Shown here one piece after another: positions 1 through 8,967 of a stretch of 64,000 nt of DNA. The DNA lies in contig OZ242318.1 of assembly GCA_965208105.1 (NCBI GenBank), forward strand, positions 1,600,001-1,664,000, given 5' to 3'. A model generated the notes under the pieces. The model saw only the letters and a list, made by a program, of their open reading frames with translations, was not told the origin of the DNA and searched no databases. The position numbers were made by a program, and so were the translations under genes. The stretch is from Candidatus Latescibacterota bacterium. GTDB taxonomy: Bacteria; Latescibacterota; UBA2968; UBA8231. Position 1 is the first letter of the stretch. Each line of letters starts with the position of its first letter.

Positions 1-380
1 ACGCTGCTGTATGGACCGAGCATGGCGTGGATCGAGTCGGAGGAGACGAACCCGGAGTAGAGGCCGGCGCTCTTCCGCGGATCGCTCTCGTCATCGCGAA
101 TCACCAGCCGCACCGGCCTGCCGGCGATGCCTCCCCTCTCGTTCAGCAACTCGACGGCCAAACGGTAGCCGAATGCAAGTCCATTGCCCGCGCCGGCAAA
201 CCTCCCGGTCTCGGCGAGAGCGGCCGCCAGCCTTACAGGTTCCGCTTCCGGCTCCGGTCCCGCCGGATCGTCGCCGCAATGGACTGCCGCCAGCGCTAGA
301 ACGGCAAGGCCGAGGAGAAAGATCGAAGACCGAAGGGAGCTGCCCGGATTCCGGGTATATCGATATCCATCTTTCATCAT
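1..380 (-). CDS. Branched-chain amino acid ABC transporter substrate-binding lipoprotein (LivJ/Peripla_BP_6-like), runs off window edge
   Basis: Not in the ORF track. Manual translation from ATG 380: MMKDGYRY...FLLGLAVLALAAVHC (lipobox-like)...ETGRFAGAG...LAVELLNERGGIAGRPVRLVIRDDESDP...MLGPYSS, typical of LivJ-type binding proteins. Confidence 0.8.
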   Translation of the reverse strand, partial: MMKDGYRYTRNPGSSLRSSIFLLGLAVLALAAVHCGDDPAGPEPEAEPVRLAAALAETGRFAGAGNGLAFGYRLAVELLNERGGIAGRPVRLVIRDDESDPRKSAGLYSGFVSSDSIHAMLGPYSS

Positions 381-387
381 GAGGCCC

Positions 388-1287
388 TCATTCCACAGTG
401 AATTCGAGGTCGTCGAGCTCCCGGCGCAGGGCGGCGCGGTCGGCCTCGTCGAGCGCTGCGCGGGGCGGGCGCACCGGACCAACGGCCAGCCCGCGCATGG
501 CGAGAATCTCCTTCACCGCCCCCAGCACGTCGAAGCGCATCAGGAGGGCGATCACCTGGTTCGCCCTGGCCTGCAGGTCCATGGCCGGGCGGATACGGCT
601 CTCCTCGAAGAGCCGGCGCATCTCGACGAACAGCCTGGGCATGATGTTGTAGGTGGAGCCGATGGCCGCGTCGCTGCCGGCGACCATGCCGCCGAGGCAG
701 ATCTCGTCCGGTCCGGAGATCAGGTTGAGGCGGTCCCCGCCCAGTTGCACCAGGCGCTGGAAGAGGTAGAAGTTGCTGTCGGTGAACTTGACGCCGCTGA
801 AGTTGGGGACGGCTTCCATGGCCTCGAGGAACTGCTCGGCCGAAACTCCCCGTGCCGCGGTGCGCTCGATCCAGTAGACGTAGAAGGGCAGATTGGTGGC
901 GGCTCCGATGGCGGCGTAGTGGGCGACGGCGGCCTCGAGGTCGTTGGGCCGGTCCACCGGGGCCACCGACGCAACTCCGTCGGCCCCCTCCGCGGCGGCG
1001 TGCCGGGCAAGCTCCACCGCGTTGGCGGTCGAGGTGGCGCCGACCTGGAAGATCAGGGGCACGGCACCGGCCACCGCGGCGATGGTCGTCTCGGCCATGG
1101 CCTTGCGCTCGGCCACGCTCATGGAGCCCCCTTCCCCCGTGCCGCCGCAGACGAAGAAGCCGCCTGAGCCGGCGTCGATCAGGTGCCCGACCAGGGGCTC
1201 GACCCGGTCCGGGGCCAGGGCCCCGCCGTCGTCGGTGAAAGGAGTGACGAGGGCGGGCCATATCCCGCGCGCCAGTTTTCCGGCCAT
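388..1287 (-). CDS. DHDPS-family class I aldolase, N-acetylneuraminate lyase-like
   Basis: PALVTPF, GGTGEG, Schiff-base GVKFTD and NanA-like IGSTYN motifs. Start moved to MAGKLARG. Confidence 0.8.
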   Translation of the reverse strand: MAGKLARGIWPALVTPFTDDGGALAPDRVEPLVGHLIDAGSGGFFVCGGTGEGGSMSVAERKAMAETTIAAVAGAVPLIFQVGATSTANAVELARHAAAEGADGVASVAPVDRPNDLEAAVAHYAAIGAATNLPFYVYWIERTAARGVSAEQFLEAMEAVPNFSGVKFTDSNFYLFQRLVQLGGDRLNLISGPDEICLGGMVAGSDAAIGSTYNIMPRLFVEMRRLFEESRIRPAMDLQARANQVIALLMRFDVLGAVKEILAMRGLAVGPVRPPRAALDEADRAALRRELDDLEFTVE

Positions 1288-1291
1288 AGCA

Positions 1292-2446
1292 TTATTCCTC
1301 CGAAGATTTCGGGCGGCCATCGACCACCTGGCCGCCGCGGATGGTAGTCACGGGCTCCCAGCAGCCGCCGCGCCGCTCCTCGCCGCCGACGTCGCGCAAG
1401 GGCAGGGCCTCCTCGTTCCAGCGCAGCACAGCCAGGTCGGCGCAGGCTCCCGGGGCCAGGGTGCCCACCTCGCCCTGCAGGCCGAGCACCGCGGCGGGGC
1501 GGGCGGTGGCTCGGGCGAAGACCTCCGATTCGGCCATGCCGGCGGCGATGAGCTTGGACATGGTGCGCGGCAGGTCGTGCTGGGGGCTGCCGCCCACGTG
1601 GCGGTTGTATTGGTCGGTGGAGATGGTATCGACGAGAAAGCCCTCGGCAATGGCTGCCTCGGCGATGGGAAAGCTGAAGGAGTTCATGCCGTGGCCCAGG
1701 TCGAAGAGCACCCCGCGGCGGCGAGCCTGCCACACCTCTTCGGCGATGCGGTCGCCGTCCATAAGGTTGCCGGGCAGGGCATTGAGGGAGTAGGTCGCCA
1801 CGTCGCCGGGACGCAGCAGAGCCAGCTGTTCGCCCAGGGGCCAGTCGTGCATGAGGCGGGGGCCAAACAGAATGGGCTTGCCGCTCGATTCGGCCGCCTC
1901 CAGCCCGGCGGCCAGAATGGGCCGGGGGTCGAGGTCGGGGCAGGCTCCCCCGGTGACGGTCACGGCAATGCCCCAGATGCCGCGGTCGTCGGCGGCGATG
2001 GCGCCGGCGCAGGCCCGGGCGTCGGCGTCGTCCGGGTGGTTGAAGCAGCACACCGGATGGGTCTCGCCGTGTTTGCACAGGTTGATCGCCAGCAGCACCC
2101 GGGTGCGCGAGGCCTCCATCACGGTGCAGCGGTAGTCATTCAGGTTCAGCGCCCCGGCGTCGCCCTGGGACATTACGGTGGTGACGCCCCGGGGCAGGAA
2201 GTGAAGGTCGGGGTCGATGCCGAAGCGCGACTGGCCCCGCGCCGGGTGGGCGTGGAAGTCGACCAGGCCGGGAAGAAGGAGGGCGTCGGCGAAGTCAAGC
2301 ACGGTGCGGGCGGGACCCTCGACGCCGGGGCCGGAGGAGACGATGCGGTCGCCGCGGACGGCCACCGCGCCGGGGCCGTCCAGGCCGCTGTCGGCGCAGA
2401 AGAGCCGGGGGGCGCGCACCAGAAGGTCAAAGGCTTCTTCGCTCAT
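1292..2446 (-). CDS. Amidohydrolase-superfamily metallohydrolase (dihydroorotase/deacetylase-like)
   Basis: PGLVDFHAH, GVTT..GDAG, FDLGHGMNSFSF, ISTD, GTLAPGACADLAVL. Confidence 0.8.
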   Translation of the reverse strand: MSEEAFDLLVRAPRLFCADSGLDGPGAVAVRGDRIVSSGPGVEGPARTVLDFADALLLPGLVDFHAHPARGQSRFGIDPDLHFLPRGVTTVMSQGDAGALNLNDYRCTVMEASRTRVLLAINLCKHGETHPVCCFNHPDDADARACAGAIAADDRGIWGIAVTVTGGACPDLDPRPILAAGLEAAESSGKPILFGPRLMHDWPLGEQLALLRPGDVATYSLNALPGNLMDGDRIAEEVWQARRRGVLFDLGHGMNSFSFPIAEAAIAEGFLVDTISTDQYNRHVGGSPQHDLPRTMSKLIAAGMAESEVFARATARPAAVLGLQGEVGTLAPGACADLAVLRWNEEALPLRDVGGEERRGGCWEPVTTIRGGQVVDGRPKSSEE

Positions 2447-2555
2447 GGGCGGGATTCGATCTCCTTTCGTTCCCCCGGATACATAGCAGGTGCCGTGAGG
2501 GGCGCAAATGGATTTGCTGGCCCGGGTTGCCGGGAGACCTGAGGCGAATTCCGGC

Positions 2556-3284
2556 TCAGGCCTTCTCCAGCAGCTCCCTCACCTTCTTGTTGCGCGTCAC
2601 CTCCGCCGGCCGCTTGCCGCCGGCGTTCCCGGCCCGGGGATCGGCGCCGTAGCGCAGCAGCACCTTCACCCCTTTCAGGTCTCCCCTGGCGGCAGCGCCG
2701 TGCAGGGCGGTGGAGCCGGGCGCGGCGGGGTCCTCGACGCCGCTGTCCACCTCTGCCCCGCGCTCGAGCAGCAGATCGAGCATGCCGGGGCAACCGCGGT
2801 TGAAGGAGGTGGCGTGTTTGAGGGCATCCCAGGACACGGTGCGGGACAGGCCCGGTCCCGAGCCGGCAATCCGGGCGCCGTGCTCCAGAAGCCAGGCCAT
2901 GGTGTCGAGGGCGGCGCCCTCGCAGGAGAAGATCAGCGGCGGCCCGTAGTCGTTGCCCACCCCGTCGACGTCCGCGCCGTGGGCGAGGAGCATCTCCATG
3001 GCCGGCACGCAGCGGTTGTAGAGGGCGGCGCGGCACATGGGAAAATTGCCGTACTCCGAGGCGTCGCCGCCCCGGGCAAGAAGGTAGACGAGGATTTCGG
3101 TCCGGTTGAGCACGGCGGCGTAAGTCAACGGCCGGTAGCGCAGAATCTCGGAGCGTTCCCTGGGCGTGAGTCCCTGGGGAAGGGGCTGGTGCAGCAGACC
3201 GGGATGCGAGTCCAGAAGCCGCTTGACCGCGGGCAGGTCGCCGGCTTCAATCGCCGCCTTTATCTCGCGGTTGTCGAGAGCCAT
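2556..3284 (-). CDS. Ankyrin-repeat protein
   Basis: Repeated ANK motifs: RPLTYAAVLNRTEILVYLLARGGD, LLAHGADVD, GSTALHGAAARGDLKGVKVLLRYGADP. Confidence 0.9.
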   Translation of the reverse strand: MALDNREIKAAIEAGDLPAVKRLLDSHPGLLHQPLPQGLTPRERSEILRYRPLTYAAVLNRTEILVYLLARGGDASEYGNFPMCRAALYNRCVPAMEMLLAHGADVDGVGNDYGPPLIFSCEGAALDTMAWLLEHGARIAGSGPGLSRTVSWDALKHATSFNRGCPGMLDLLLERGAEVDSGVEDPAAPGSTALHGAAARGDLKGVKVLLRYGADPRAGNAGGKRPAEVTRNKKVRELLEKA

Positions 3285-3333
3285 GGGAGGCTTTCGCTGA
3301 GGGGGAGTCCGGCCACCGCCCTATTTTCCCCAT

Positions 3334-4254
3334 TCACGCCGCATTCGTTTCACGCCGCGCCTGGTGCTGCCGCACCTGGGCTTCCCACTCCTCCCAGGTG
3401 GGTTTGCGGTCATCGCTGAGGACGACGAGGGGTACCTGGCCCGTTGCCAGCGCCCTGTCATGTACGAACTCGGCTGCCTGGCGCTGCTCCGCGCTCATGT
3501 CCGCCCGGCCAGGGGTGGGATAGTAGCGGACGTCGATGCTCCAGCGCGACTCCCGTGTCCTGTTCACCTTGCTGGTATGGACGCACAAATTGGACATGAA
3601 CAGGGCGCCTCCGGGCTCGAGAGGAATGGGCACCGGAGTGCCGCGGGCTTCCACGTCTTCCTCCATGCGCACGTTCAAATCTTCGCCCCGCGCTCCATCC
3701 AGCAGGCCCCAGCGGAAGCTGCCCGGGATGACCCAGCAACACCCGTTTTCGACGGTGGCTTCCACCAGCGGCACCCACACCGTGACCATGTGCAGCAACT
3801 CGGTGTGCTTCTCCTTCCTGCCGACAGCCGACTGGTCGATGTAGAGGCTGTCCTGGTGCCAGGGAAACGAAGTCACCACGCTGCCAGGGAGCTTGGTGCG
3901 GATGGCGGGCATGCAGGTACAGGTAACTTCGGGTCCCAGAAGCTGACGCAGCACCCCGAGGATGGCGGGGTTGTTGTAGAGATCGTAAAATTCGCGCCCG
4001 AAGGAACCGAATCCCCAGTTGCGCGGCAGGATGTCCAACTCCCTGCAGATGGATGCATAGCGCCCCTCGAAAGATTCGTCCGCGTAGGTAGAGGACAGCT
4101 TCCCCTGCGCGTACAGCTCATGGCTGTATCCGTCGACCCCGGCCTTGATGAAGTCGCGCATGGGCTCCAGGTCGCGGTCGTCGATCAGGTCTCTGACCAC
4201 CGCGTAGCCATCGCGTTCGTACGAGGTTTTTATTTCCTTGCCGCTACTTGTCAT
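3334..4254 (-). CDS. Phytanoyl-CoA dioxygenase (PhyH) family Fe(II)/2OG dioxygenase
   Basis: YERDGYAVV, PWHQD (HxD), TVWVPL..ATVENGC..IPGS, distal His VHTS, RWSIDVRY. Confidence 0.85.
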   Translation of the reverse strand: MTSSGKEIKTSYERDGYAVVRDLIDDRDLEPMRDFIKAGVDGYSHELYAQGKLSSTYADESFEGRYASICRELDILPRNWGFGSFGREFYDLYNNPAILGVLRQLLGPEVTCTCMPAIRTKLPGSVVTSFPWHQDSLYIDQSAVGRKEKHTELLHMVTVWVPLVEATVENGCCWVIPGSFRWGLLDGARGEDLNVRMEEDVEARGTPVPIPLEPGGALFMSNLCVHTSKVNRTRESRWSIDVRYYPTPGRADMSAEQRQAAEFVHDRALATGQVPLVVLSDDRKPTWEEWEAQVRQHQARRETNAA

Positions 4255-4469
4255 TTCCTAAAATGGCCCCCTTTTGAGGAAAATATATTGGGATTCAGGG
4301 TTCGGTAGAATAAGGTCCCCGGGGGGATTCCCTGTCAAGGCGCCGAGCCTCTCGATGGGCGCCGGGCCGGCCCCGGGGCGGCGCCCACTCATCCCTTGAC
4401 CGCCGGAGTCCCGCCGCATATGATGAGACCCTGTCTGCCGCGCACAATCCCCCTTTGAAGGAAGGAACC

Positions 4470-5117
4470 ATGCAAGCAAACCTCGTGACCCTGATCCGCA
4501 TATTCCTGGTATTCCTGGTCATCGGCCTCTACAAGGTCAACACCATCGCCTGCGGTGTGGCGGTGTTGCTGACCATCGCCACACTCTACATGGACGCTCT
4601 CGACGGCATCATCGCCCGCCGCCTCGGCACCGAATCCGATCTGGGCGCCATGTTCGACATCGCCGGGGACCGCATCGTGGAGAACGTGTTCTGGGTCTAT
4701 TTCTCCGCCATCGGCATGGTGAGCTTCTGGGCCGCGGCCATCGTCGTCGCCCGCAGCTTCCTCATCGACTGGCTGCGGACCCTGGCCTTCGTCGACGCGG
4801 GCAAGACCCCGTTCGGCACCAGGACCATGATGCGCAGCCGCTGGGCCAAGGCGCTGGTGAGCTCCCGCTTCAGCCGCGGGCTCTACGGCTTCACCAAGAC
4901 GGTGGTATTCGTCTATCTCGGCGCCGTGCTGCTGATTCAGTCAGGGCAGGCCGAGTACGGCTGGTCGATACGCGTCCCCACCGAGTTCCTGCTGCTGGCA
5001 GGGCATGCCCTCGTCTGGCTGACGGTGGTGATGTGCATCGTGAGGGGCGTTCCCGTGGTGTGGGACAGCCAGGAGGTCCTCTTCCGCAAAATGTTCCCCG
5101 GCCTGCTGCGGGACTAG
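4470..5117 (+). CDS. CDP-alcohol phosphatidyltransferase family protein
   Basis: ANLVTLIR and signature DALDGIIARRLGTESDLGAMFDIAGD; several TM helices; RBS gaagga before ATG 4470. Confidence 0.9.
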   Translation: MQANLVTLIRIFLVFLVIGLYKVNTIACGVAVLLTIATLYMDALDGIIARRLGTESDLGAMFDIAGDRIVENVFWVYFSAIGMVSFWAAAIVVARSFLIDWLRTLAFVDAGKTPFGTRTMMRSRWAKALVSSRFSRGLYGFTKTVVFVYLGAVLLIQSGQAEYGWSIRVPTEFLLLAGHALVWLTVVMCIVRGVPVVWDSQEVLFRKMFPGLLRD

Positions 5118-5125
5118 CCGTTGCC

Positions 5126-5764
5126 GTGAAAGCAGCCATATTCGATCTGGACGGCACCCTTCTGCCCGCAACCAGCGCGGAAAGAGAGTTCGTCCGCTTC
5201 GTCCTGCAGACCCGCAGGCGGACCGTTCCCGAGACGGTCGGAGCCCTGCTCTCCTGGATAGTCCACGTCCCCACCCGCGGCCTGCGCGCCAACAAGGCCC
5301 ACCTCCGCGGCGTCGAGGTCGATCTGTTGGAGGATACCGCGGAGGCGTTCTGCCGCCAGCGGCTGGCTCGGCGTATCCCGCGGCAGGCCAGGGACATGAT
5401 CGAATCCCATCGCGCCGCGGGGGATATCCTCGGCATCCTCTCCGGCTCTCCGCAGCTTTTGATAGCTCCTCTGAAGGACCTCCTGGGATTGGATTTCGTT
5501 GCCGGGACCGGGCTGGCTGGCAGGCGGGGCAGTTTGACCGGGGACCTGGAGGGTCCGCATCTCTCCGGAGCGGAGAAGGTCCGGCGGGCGCAGGAAGCGG
5601 CGTGCGCCTGTGATTTTTACCTGGCGCGGTCCGCGGCCTACGGCAACGCCTTCGCAGACCGCTACCTGCTGGAGGTAGTGGGCTGTCCCCGGGTGGTCAA
5701 CCCGGACCGCCGGCTGGCGCGGCTGGCGCGGCGCAAGGGCTGGCCCATCTCCATTTGGTCCTGA
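5126..5764 (+). CDS. HAD-IB family phosphatase (SerB-like)
   Basis: AIFDLDGTL, ILSGS, GAEK, AYGNAFAD..LLE.VG.P.VVNPD. GTG start 8 nt after the upstream stop. Confidence 0.85.
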   Translation: MKAAIFDLDGTLLPATSAEREFVRFVLQTRRRTVPETVGALLSWIVHVPTRGLRANKAHLRGVEVDLLEDTAEAFCRQRLARRIPRQARDMIESHRAAGDILGILSGSPQLLIAPLKDLLGLDFVAGTGLAGRRGSLTGDLEGPHLSGAEKVRRAQEAACACDFYLARSAAYGNAFADRYLLEVVGCPRVVNPDRRLARLARRKGWPISIWS

Positions 5765-6080
5765 AGGAAAATCCAGATGTCGCTGCGGGCCCCGGGAGAG
5801 GATGGGGCGGCCCGAAGACTGGCCCATCCCGGTCTGGGCTTGGTGGACAATCGCCTGGGCGCTGCCGGGCCGGGAGCTGACGCCCTCAGCCGCTGCTGCC
5901 CACCCGGGGCATTACCCGTTCGAGTAGCGCGGGCGACGGCAATGGGATATACTATCCCGGTGCAAGCACCAGTCAGCTTGCGGGAGGTCCGGGTGTCCAA
6001 GGCAGCGGTGGCGCAGAACCAGCAGGTTCGCAGCCGATCCTCGGCGCAGCCGGAAATACCAGGCAGGCAGGAGAAGCAGG

Positions 6081-7316
6081 ATGAGTGATCTGAAGATACG
6101 CGACGTCCGCGCCATCGCGACCGAGCCGCCCGGGGCGCGCACCCTGGTGGTGGTGAAGGTGGAGACCAGCGAGCCCGGCCTCTACGGCCTGGGATGCGCC
6201 TCCTTCTTCTCGCGCCCCACCGCGGTGGCCGCGGCCGTGGACGACTACCTCAAGCCCTATCTCGCCGGCAAATCTCCCGACGACATCGAGGACATCTGGC
6301 AGTCGTGCTACTCATCTTCCTACTGGCGCAGCGGCCCCGTGCTCAACAACGCCCTGAGCGGGGTGGACCAGGCCCTGTGGGACATCAAGGGCAAGGTGGC
6401 GGGGATGCCGGTCTACGAGCTCTTCGGAGGCAAGTCCCGCGAAGCCGCGGCGGTCTACGTGATCCCTGGTGGGAGCGACCTGTCCGAGTACGAGGACAAC
6501 GTCCGCGCCCTGCTGGAACAGGGCTTCCATCACCTGAAGCTGGGCTCGATACATCCCGCGATTCCGGGGAACGAGCCCGGCCGGGGGCCGCAGGCCGTCA
6601 GCGCCAAAGCCACCGACCCCTTCGAGCCGGCCCCCTTCGCCCGCAGCATCGTCAACGCATTCGACCATTTCCGCGCCACCTTCGGCCCCGAGCCGGAGAT
6701 TCTCTACGACGTGCACGAGCGCCTTCCTCCCATCCTGGGCCTGGCCCTGGCAAAGGACGTGGAGCGCTTCAAGCCCTTCTTCCTGGAGGACCTCTTTTCT
6801 CCGGAGGACAACGACTACTTCCGCCTGGTGCGCGAGCAGAGCTGCACTCCCATGGCCATGGGCGAGCTCTACAGCAACCCCCAGGAAATGGTCCCGGTGA
6901 TCAAGGACCGGCTCATCGACTTCATCCGGGTGCACGTGTCCACCATCGGCGGACTGACTCCGGCGCGCAAGCTTGCGGCCCTGTGCGAAGCCTTCAACGT
7001 GCGCAGCGCCTGGCACGGCTCCGCCGACGTCTCTCCGGTGGGCCACGCCGCCAACCTCATGCTCGACATGAACGTGTGGAACTTTGGCATCCAGGAGGCA
7101 TCGGCCTACCTGAACACCAACGAGACCCTGAAGGAGGTGTTCCCCGGACTTCCCGAGGTGCGCAACGGCTACATGTGGCCCAACGGCAGGCCCGGCCTGG
7201 GGATAGACCTGAACGAGGAGCTTGCCGCCCGCTTCCCGGTGAAGGACCCGGCGGCCCCCGCCATCAGGATGTGGGGCAATGCCCGGCGCGCCGACGGCAC
7301 CGTGATCAGACCTTAG
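6081..7316 (+). CDS. Enolase-superfamily acid-sugar dehydratase (RspA/mannonate dehydratase family)
   Basis: YWRSGPVLNNALSGVDQALWDIKGK, LYDVHERL, FFLEDL, MGEL, WHG..DVSPVGHAAN, NFGIQE. Confidence 0.88.
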   Translation: MSDLKIRDVRAIATEPPGARTLVVVKVETSEPGLYGLGCASFFSRPTAVAAAVDDYLKPYLAGKSPDDIEDIWQSCYSSSYWRSGPVLNNALSGVDQALWDIKGKVAGMPVYELFGGKSREAAAVYVIPGGSDLSEYEDNVRALLEQGFHHLKLGSIHPAIPGNEPGRGPQAVSAKATDPFEPAPFARSIVNAFDHFRATFGPEPEILYDVHERLPPILGLALAKDVERFKPFFLEDLFSPEDNDYFRLVREQSCTPMAMGELYSNPQEMVPVIKDRLIDFIRVHVSTIGGLTPARKLAALCEAFNVRSAWHGSADVSPVGHAANLMLDMNVWNFGIQEASAYLNTNETLKEVFPGLPEVRNGYMWPNGRPGLGIDLNEELAARFPVKDPAAPAIRMWGNARRADGTVIRP

Positions 7317-7346
7317 TTTTCACCCTATCGCCCAGGAGGAAAAGCA

Positions 7347-8939
7347 ATGAGCAAAGAGAGAGATCTCAAGGGAACCGGTCCATGGCAGGGGTTCTTCCCC
7401 GGCGACTGGGTAAGGCCGAGGAGCAACCCCGGGACCTGGATTGCACTGGTTGACGTCTCGGAGGTCTTTCCCGGCAACCGCAGCGTTTCGCGCCGGGGAG
7501 AGTACAACCTCTACGACGCCCCGGTTGGAGTAGAGCTCAAGATAGAAGAAGCCGCCAAGGCGGACATGGTCTTCGACGGAGTGGCGGAGTGGGAGAAGGA
7601 GGGTTGCTCGCCCGGCGACGTGTGGTACGAGGACGGCCGCTACCACATGTTCTACTACGCTGCAGAGTTAGGAACCTGCTACGCGGTCAGCGACGACTGC
7701 TACCACTGGACCCGCCCCGTTCTGGGCGAGGTGGAGTACAACGGATCGAAGGAGAACAACCTTCGCGCCAACCACCCGGCGGGAGGCATCTTCGAGGACC
7801 CCTCGGCGCCGCCCGAGGAGCGCTTCAAGGCCATGAGCGCCGGGTCCGGCTGGTTCGATCCCGACTCCTGGGAGAAGCTGGACAATGACGAAGCCGAAAA
7901 GCGCTGGGAGGCCATGCAGTACGAGGGGGCCGAATACAAAGGTCCCAAGGTGGTGCTGCGCGGGTGGATGGAGGGCTGGACCTCGCCGGACCGCTTCCAC
8001 GGCTGGAAGAAGATAGAGGAGCCCCTGGCGGAGTACTCGGTCAACGGGGGCATCGTGGCGGGGTACGATGAGGCCACCGGCACCTACTTCGCCTACCTGC
8101 AGCCCCAGGGCTTCCCCCCGGAGGACCCCAGGGGCATCGGCACCGGGGTCCAGGAGGTGGAGATGGTGCGCCGCGCCAACGGTTTCTGCCGGACCAGGGA
8201 TTTTCGCCGCTGGCCCGCGGCGAAGCTGGTGATGCACCCCGACTCGCAGGACGACCTGGACATCGCCTTCTACGCCCACAGCTACTTCCCCTATCCCGGA
8301 CGCACGGACCTGCACGGCATGCTCACCCCGGTCTTCCACCAGATGACCGGCCAGATGGACGTGCAGATCGCCTTCAGCCGGGACGGCCTCATCTGGTACC
8401 GCCCCGAACGCAAGGCCATCCTGACCCTGGGTCCGCCCGGTAGCGGCGAGGAGGGCATGATCGGCTCCTCCGGTATCTTCGAGCTGCCGGACGGGCACTG
8501 GGGCGCTCCCTACTGGGGCGAGTCCAGGCTGCACAACGTTCCGGGAGAGTACCAGGATTCCCTGTTCCCCCTGCAGCAGCCCAGGAAGATGGGATGGGCC
8601 CTGTGGAAACCGCACCGCTTCTGCGGATTCGAGGCTGGCACCGAGGGGCGCTTCACCATACCCACCATCTACCGGCGCAACAATGAGCTGCGGCTGAACT
8701 ACCGCTGCCGGCCGGGCGGCTGGGTGAGCGTGGAGCTCATGCGCATGATGCCGTCCATGTTCCACGGCGACGTCGACCCGCTCGGCGGCTTCACCTTCGA
8801 GGAGTGCGACCGCCTCTCCGGGGATTCTCCCGACCAGGTGGTGACCTGGAATGGGAAGAGCGACATCTCCGGGGTGGGCGAAATGGTGGCCATCCGCCTG
8901 AAGATGTTCCAGTCCAAGATATTCGCCTACCAGGTGTGA
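7347..8939 (+). CDS. Uncharacterised beta-propeller glycoside-hydrolase-like protein (GH32/43/130-like fold) with C-terminal beta-sandwich
   Basis: Blade-like motifs EDGRYHMFY, YAVSDD..HWTRP, FSRDGLIW.RP; C-terminal LRLN..GG.VSVEL..GFT.EECD.LSGD. Paralog of 37879..39387. Confidence 0.55.
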   Translation: MSKERDLKGTGPWQGFFPGDWVRPRSNPGTWIALVDVSEVFPGNRSVSRRGEYNLYDAPVGVELKIEEAAKADMVFDGVAEWEKEGCSPGDVWYEDGRYHMFYYAAELGTCYAVSDDCYHWTRPVLGEVEYNGSKENNLRANHPAGGIFEDPSAPPEERFKAMSAGSGWFDPDSWEKLDNDEAEKRWEAMQYEGAEYKGPKVVLRGWMEGWTSPDRFHGWKKIEEPLAEYSVNGGIVAGYDEATGTYFAYLQPQGFPPEDPRGIGTGVQEVEMVRRANGFCRTRDFRRWPAAKLVMHPDSQDDLDIAFYAHSYFPYPGRTDLHGMLTPVFHQMTGQMDVQIAFSRDGLIWYRPERKAILTLGPPGSGEEGMIGSSGIFELPDGHWGAPYWGESRLHNVPGEYQDSLFPLQQPRKMGWALWKPHRFCGFEAGTEGRFTIPTIYRRNNELRLNYRCRPGGWVSVELMRMMPSMFHGDVDPLGGFTFEECDRLSGDSPDQVVTWNGKSDISGVGEMVAIRLKMFQSKIFAYQV

Positions 8940-8967
8940 GGCGCGGGAGACTCCGGCAGGGCAAGCT

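Noticed and set aside
5765-6080. Possible sRNA or riboswitch in a 315-bp intergenic region
   Set aside because: GC-rich hairpins and a GGGATA-TAC-TATCCC palindrome are present, but I recognise no RNA family motif.
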